This document shows, piece after piece, positions 62,088 to 64,000 of a stretch of DNA of 64,000 nt. The stretch's first letter is position 1; each line of letters starts with the position of its first letter. The notes below the pieces were generated by a model. The model did not search any database. It was not told the origin of the DNA and saw only the letters and a program-made list of their open reading frames with translations. Source of the DNA: Paludibacteraceae bacterium (lineage in GTDB: Bacteria > Bacteroidota > Bacteroidia > Bacteroidales > Paludibacteraceae); the NCBI GenBank assembly GCA_051870755.1, contig JBJECE010000031.1:15242-79241 (forward strand), written 5' to 3'. Made by a program: the position numbers and the translations under genes.

Positions 62088-63494
62088 TTATCGGCAAATG
62101 GTCGTTTCGCCAATCCAGCCGCCCACGGTAAATGGTTTTCCGTCTTCCAAGTCGGGTTCGAAGAATATCTCTTCTTTGCTTGGGAAATGCGGCGCATACG
62201 AGCGAATCAGTTCGTTGGCTTTCTCTTCCAAAGCGGGTTCGACCTGTTTTGCTTTGATGAACTTATCGACGGCCGCCCAATAGACCGTTTTGTTCAATGC
62301 AGCCGAATCGTAAATACCACGCGTATTGGCATACATCAGTCCTATCAGCAAATAGGGTGCGCCTTGGTTCGGGTTGGCCTCGAGCGACTTGCGTGCATAT
62401 TCGCGTGCTTTAACGAAATTGTTCAGATTGGCGTTATAAATCTGTGCGATTTTCAAATAGTTGTCGGCTATTTCTTCGGCATTGTCGAGCATCGACACCG
62501 ACTCCAAATAGTAATCGACAGCTTTGGTGTAGTCGCCTTTTTTGTACGACATGGCAGCGCATCCTGCCGCCGATTCGGCCGTCGGTTTGATGTTGTGTGC
62601 ATATTCAGCGGCTTTGAAATAGACTTCGGATTCGCGACAGTTCACTTGACGATAGAGTCGCGCCGTTGCCGTCAGAAAATCGTAGTCGGTTTTGCGACTT
62701 TCGACCTGTTCGGCATAGATATGATCCATTTGGTCGCAGTTGGCAGCGCCCGACATTGCAAAGAGTTGGTCCAACACGGGATCCAATTTGGCGTACATAG
62801 CCGCATTTTTCAGCGATTGGTTAGCCGCATTTTCTTCCAAAATGTCGTTCGAATAGACATAGTCGTTGATGAACTGTGTAGCCAGCGAATTATCGGCTTT
62901 GTAGAGTTCGTACGAAGTCGATACGAACTGTTGGAAAAACGCCGGCTGCGCTTTTTTGCCCAGCGAGTGCACGCTCTCTTTGAGCCATGCGTAAGCAGTC
63001 TGTTTTTCGGTCGGACGATATTGCAGCAGATAGTAGGCTTTCATGCCCAACAGATAGGCGCGCGGCTGCTTGGCATCGTCGCCGAAATAGAGAATTTGTT
63101 CGTCGTACACGGCCATCAGTTTGTCAATCAACTGTTCACGCACGGCAGCATCTTTTTCCTGCGAAATCTGCCAATCGACGATTTTGACGCCGTATGTGTA
63201 GATGGCGCGATGCGAACCTTTGCAGTTGGCAAATGCGCTTTCCCACGGTGTCAAAGCATCGGCATAGTTTTTCTGTTTGGCGGCTTCGGCAAAGAGGCTG
63301 ATATTGGTTTCGCACTCAGGCGTCATGGGAGCAGGCTGCGGTTTGACTACCGCTTCGACGTGTGCTTCCGCTTTTTTCTCGATGCCGACTTCGGCTTTCA
63401 ACTGTTTTTCGGCTTTGACTGCGCCATGTTTTTGGGCTACTGCGCTGACAGCAACCAATGCTCCCAGCAGCAACATTACATTTCTTTTCGTCAT
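62088..63494 (-). CDS. Periplasmic tetratricopeptide-repeat protein
   Basis: Signal peptide MTKRNVMLLLGALVAVSAVAQ, then repeated A-x-x-Y-x-x-A/L helical-pair patterns (YADALTPWESA, DYTKAVDYYLES, ARKSLEANPNQ). Confidence 0.65.
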   Translation of the reverse strand: MTKRNVMLLLGALVAVSAVAQKHGAVKAEKQLKAEVGIEKKAEAHVEAVVKPQPAPMTPECETNISLFAEAAKQKNYADALTPWESAFANCKGSHRAIYTYGVKIVDWQISQEKDAAVREQLIDKLMAVYDEQILYFGDDAKQPRAYLLGMKAYYLLQYRPTEKQTAYAWLKESVHSLGKKAQPAFFQQFVSTSYELYKADNSLATQFINDYVYSNDILEENAANQSLKNAAMYAKLDPVLDQLFAMSGAANCDQMDHIYAEQVESRKTDYDFLTATARLYRQVNCRESEVYFKAAEYAHNIKPTAESAAGCAAMSYKKGDYTKAVDYYLESVSMLDNAEEIADNYLKIAQIYNANLNNFVKAREYARKSLEANPNQGAPYLLIGLMYANTRGIYDSAALNKTVYWAAVDKFIKAKQVEPALEEKANELIRSYAPHFPSKEEIFFEPDLEDGKPFTVGGWIGETTICR

Positions 63495-63522
63495 GATGTT
63501 TTTCCTTTTTTAGTTGTTTGTT

Positions 63523-64000
63523 TTACTGAATGCGTTGTTTGAAGAACCACATTTCATTCAACGTTAAGTTAATACCTATTTTGAAATAATTTTCTTGCAA
63601 CTTATTTTGCGCCGCTACGCCTATATTGCCATATTCAAAATTGATGTTGACCATGGTTTTGGTGGTGCGCAACGGGAATCCGACGCCGCACGTTATGCTG
63701 ATGTCGCGCGTGCCGACGTATTGTTGTTGTGCCGCATCGTAGAGTTTGAAGTACGAATTGGCGTAACTTGCGCCCAAGCGCCATCGCATGCGGTCCACAT
63801 ATCTGTTTCCATTTGGGCGATAGATATATTCGGCGCCCAAGGCGAATTTTTGCCGATTGACCAACGAGTCGGTTTTGCCGAAATAGCGAGCCTTGGCAAA
63901 TTCCTGCATCGTGTAGTCGAAGGCGATGGTCAGTTTGTTATCGTAGGTATAGGACACGCCTGCCCCATACAGCGAAGGCAAATCGAACAATTCGGAGGTG
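63523..64000 (-). CDS. Outer-membrane beta-barrel protein, 3' part only (the gene continues beyond the window)
   Basis: Alternating hydrophobic beta-strand pattern with aromatic girdle residues (YGAGVSYTY, FALGAEYIYRP, RLGASYANSYF, NINFEYGN). The frame is open to the window edge. Confidence 0.55.
   Translation of the reverse strand, partial: TSELFDLPSLYGAGVSYTYDNKLTIAFDYTMQEFAKARYFGKTDSLVNRQKFALGAEYIYRPNGNRYVDRMRWRLGASYANSYFKLYDAAQQQYVGTRDISITCGVGFPLRTTKTMVNINFEYGNIGVAAQNKLQENYFKIGINLTLNEMWFFKQRIQ

Noticed and set aside
1-64000. CRISPR arrays, rRNA genes, transposases, integrases and prophage genes.
   Set aside because: I saw no regularly spaced direct repeats, no rRNA-like conserved stretches, and no DDE, tyrosine-recombinase or serine-recombinase motifs in any long ORF.

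Overview
This window looks like a Bacteroidota (Bacteroidales-like) chromosomal segment. The evidence is a type IX secretion C-terminal sorting domain at the left edge, many TAnnTTTG -7 promoter boxes, almost no Shine-Dalgarno sequences, and typical gene content (DUF4290, small HsdR_N-like protein, GldE-like CNNM protein, LptC, PFOR). I call about 60 protein genes and one tRNA-Phe. I saw no rRNA, CRISPR array, transposase or integrase.

Layout:
- 1-28.7 kb: housekeeping genes (rlmD, alr, nagB, fabD, gmk, yicC, an AddA-like helicase-nuclease, tsaB, amn, holA). Mixed in are a split BcrA/HgdC-type double ATPase plus DUF2229 partner with a nitroreductase between them, and an odd two-gene operon at 11.9-14.7 kb.
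- 28.8-30.7 kb: an AT-rich phosphoethanolamine-transferase gene behind a roughly 140-nt nested inverted repeat.
- 30.8-50.9 kb: one long co-directional minus-strand array that is a flexirubin/aryl-polyene-type lipid-polyketide gene cluster. It encodes an ammonia-lyase, two ACPs, KS/KS/CLF-like proteins, a B12-radical SAM enzyme, an LpxL-like acyltransferase, a deacetylase, a LolA-like protein, a GT2, an MMPL-PlsC-methyltransferase fusion, a PaaK-like ligase and a metallophosphoesterase.
- 40.1-43.6 kb: a very AT-rich four-gene DpnII-type (GATC) restriction-modification cassette sits inside that cluster. It includes a Dam methylase fused to a ParB-like domain and one ORF with no recognisable family.
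- 51-57.8 kb: a transglutaminase-like protein, a DUF3791-DUF3990-DUF3791 tricistron, nifJ (PFOR), and an AbiEii-type nucleotidyltransferase pair. A 30-nt near-perfect direct repeat links the AbiEii gene body to the nifJ leader.
- 58-64 kb: ppiD-like, CNNM/GldE-like, lptC, a TPR protein and a partial outer-membrane beta-barrel.

Best candidates for something undescribed:
- The accessory ORF and ParB fusion in the RM cassette.
- The DUF3990 tricistron.
- The operon encoding a secreted Tyr/Trp/His-rich, Ser/Arg-tailed protein with a FadL-like barrel.
- The two unexplained repeat structures.

All family assignments come from reading motifs in the supplied translations. No database search was run.
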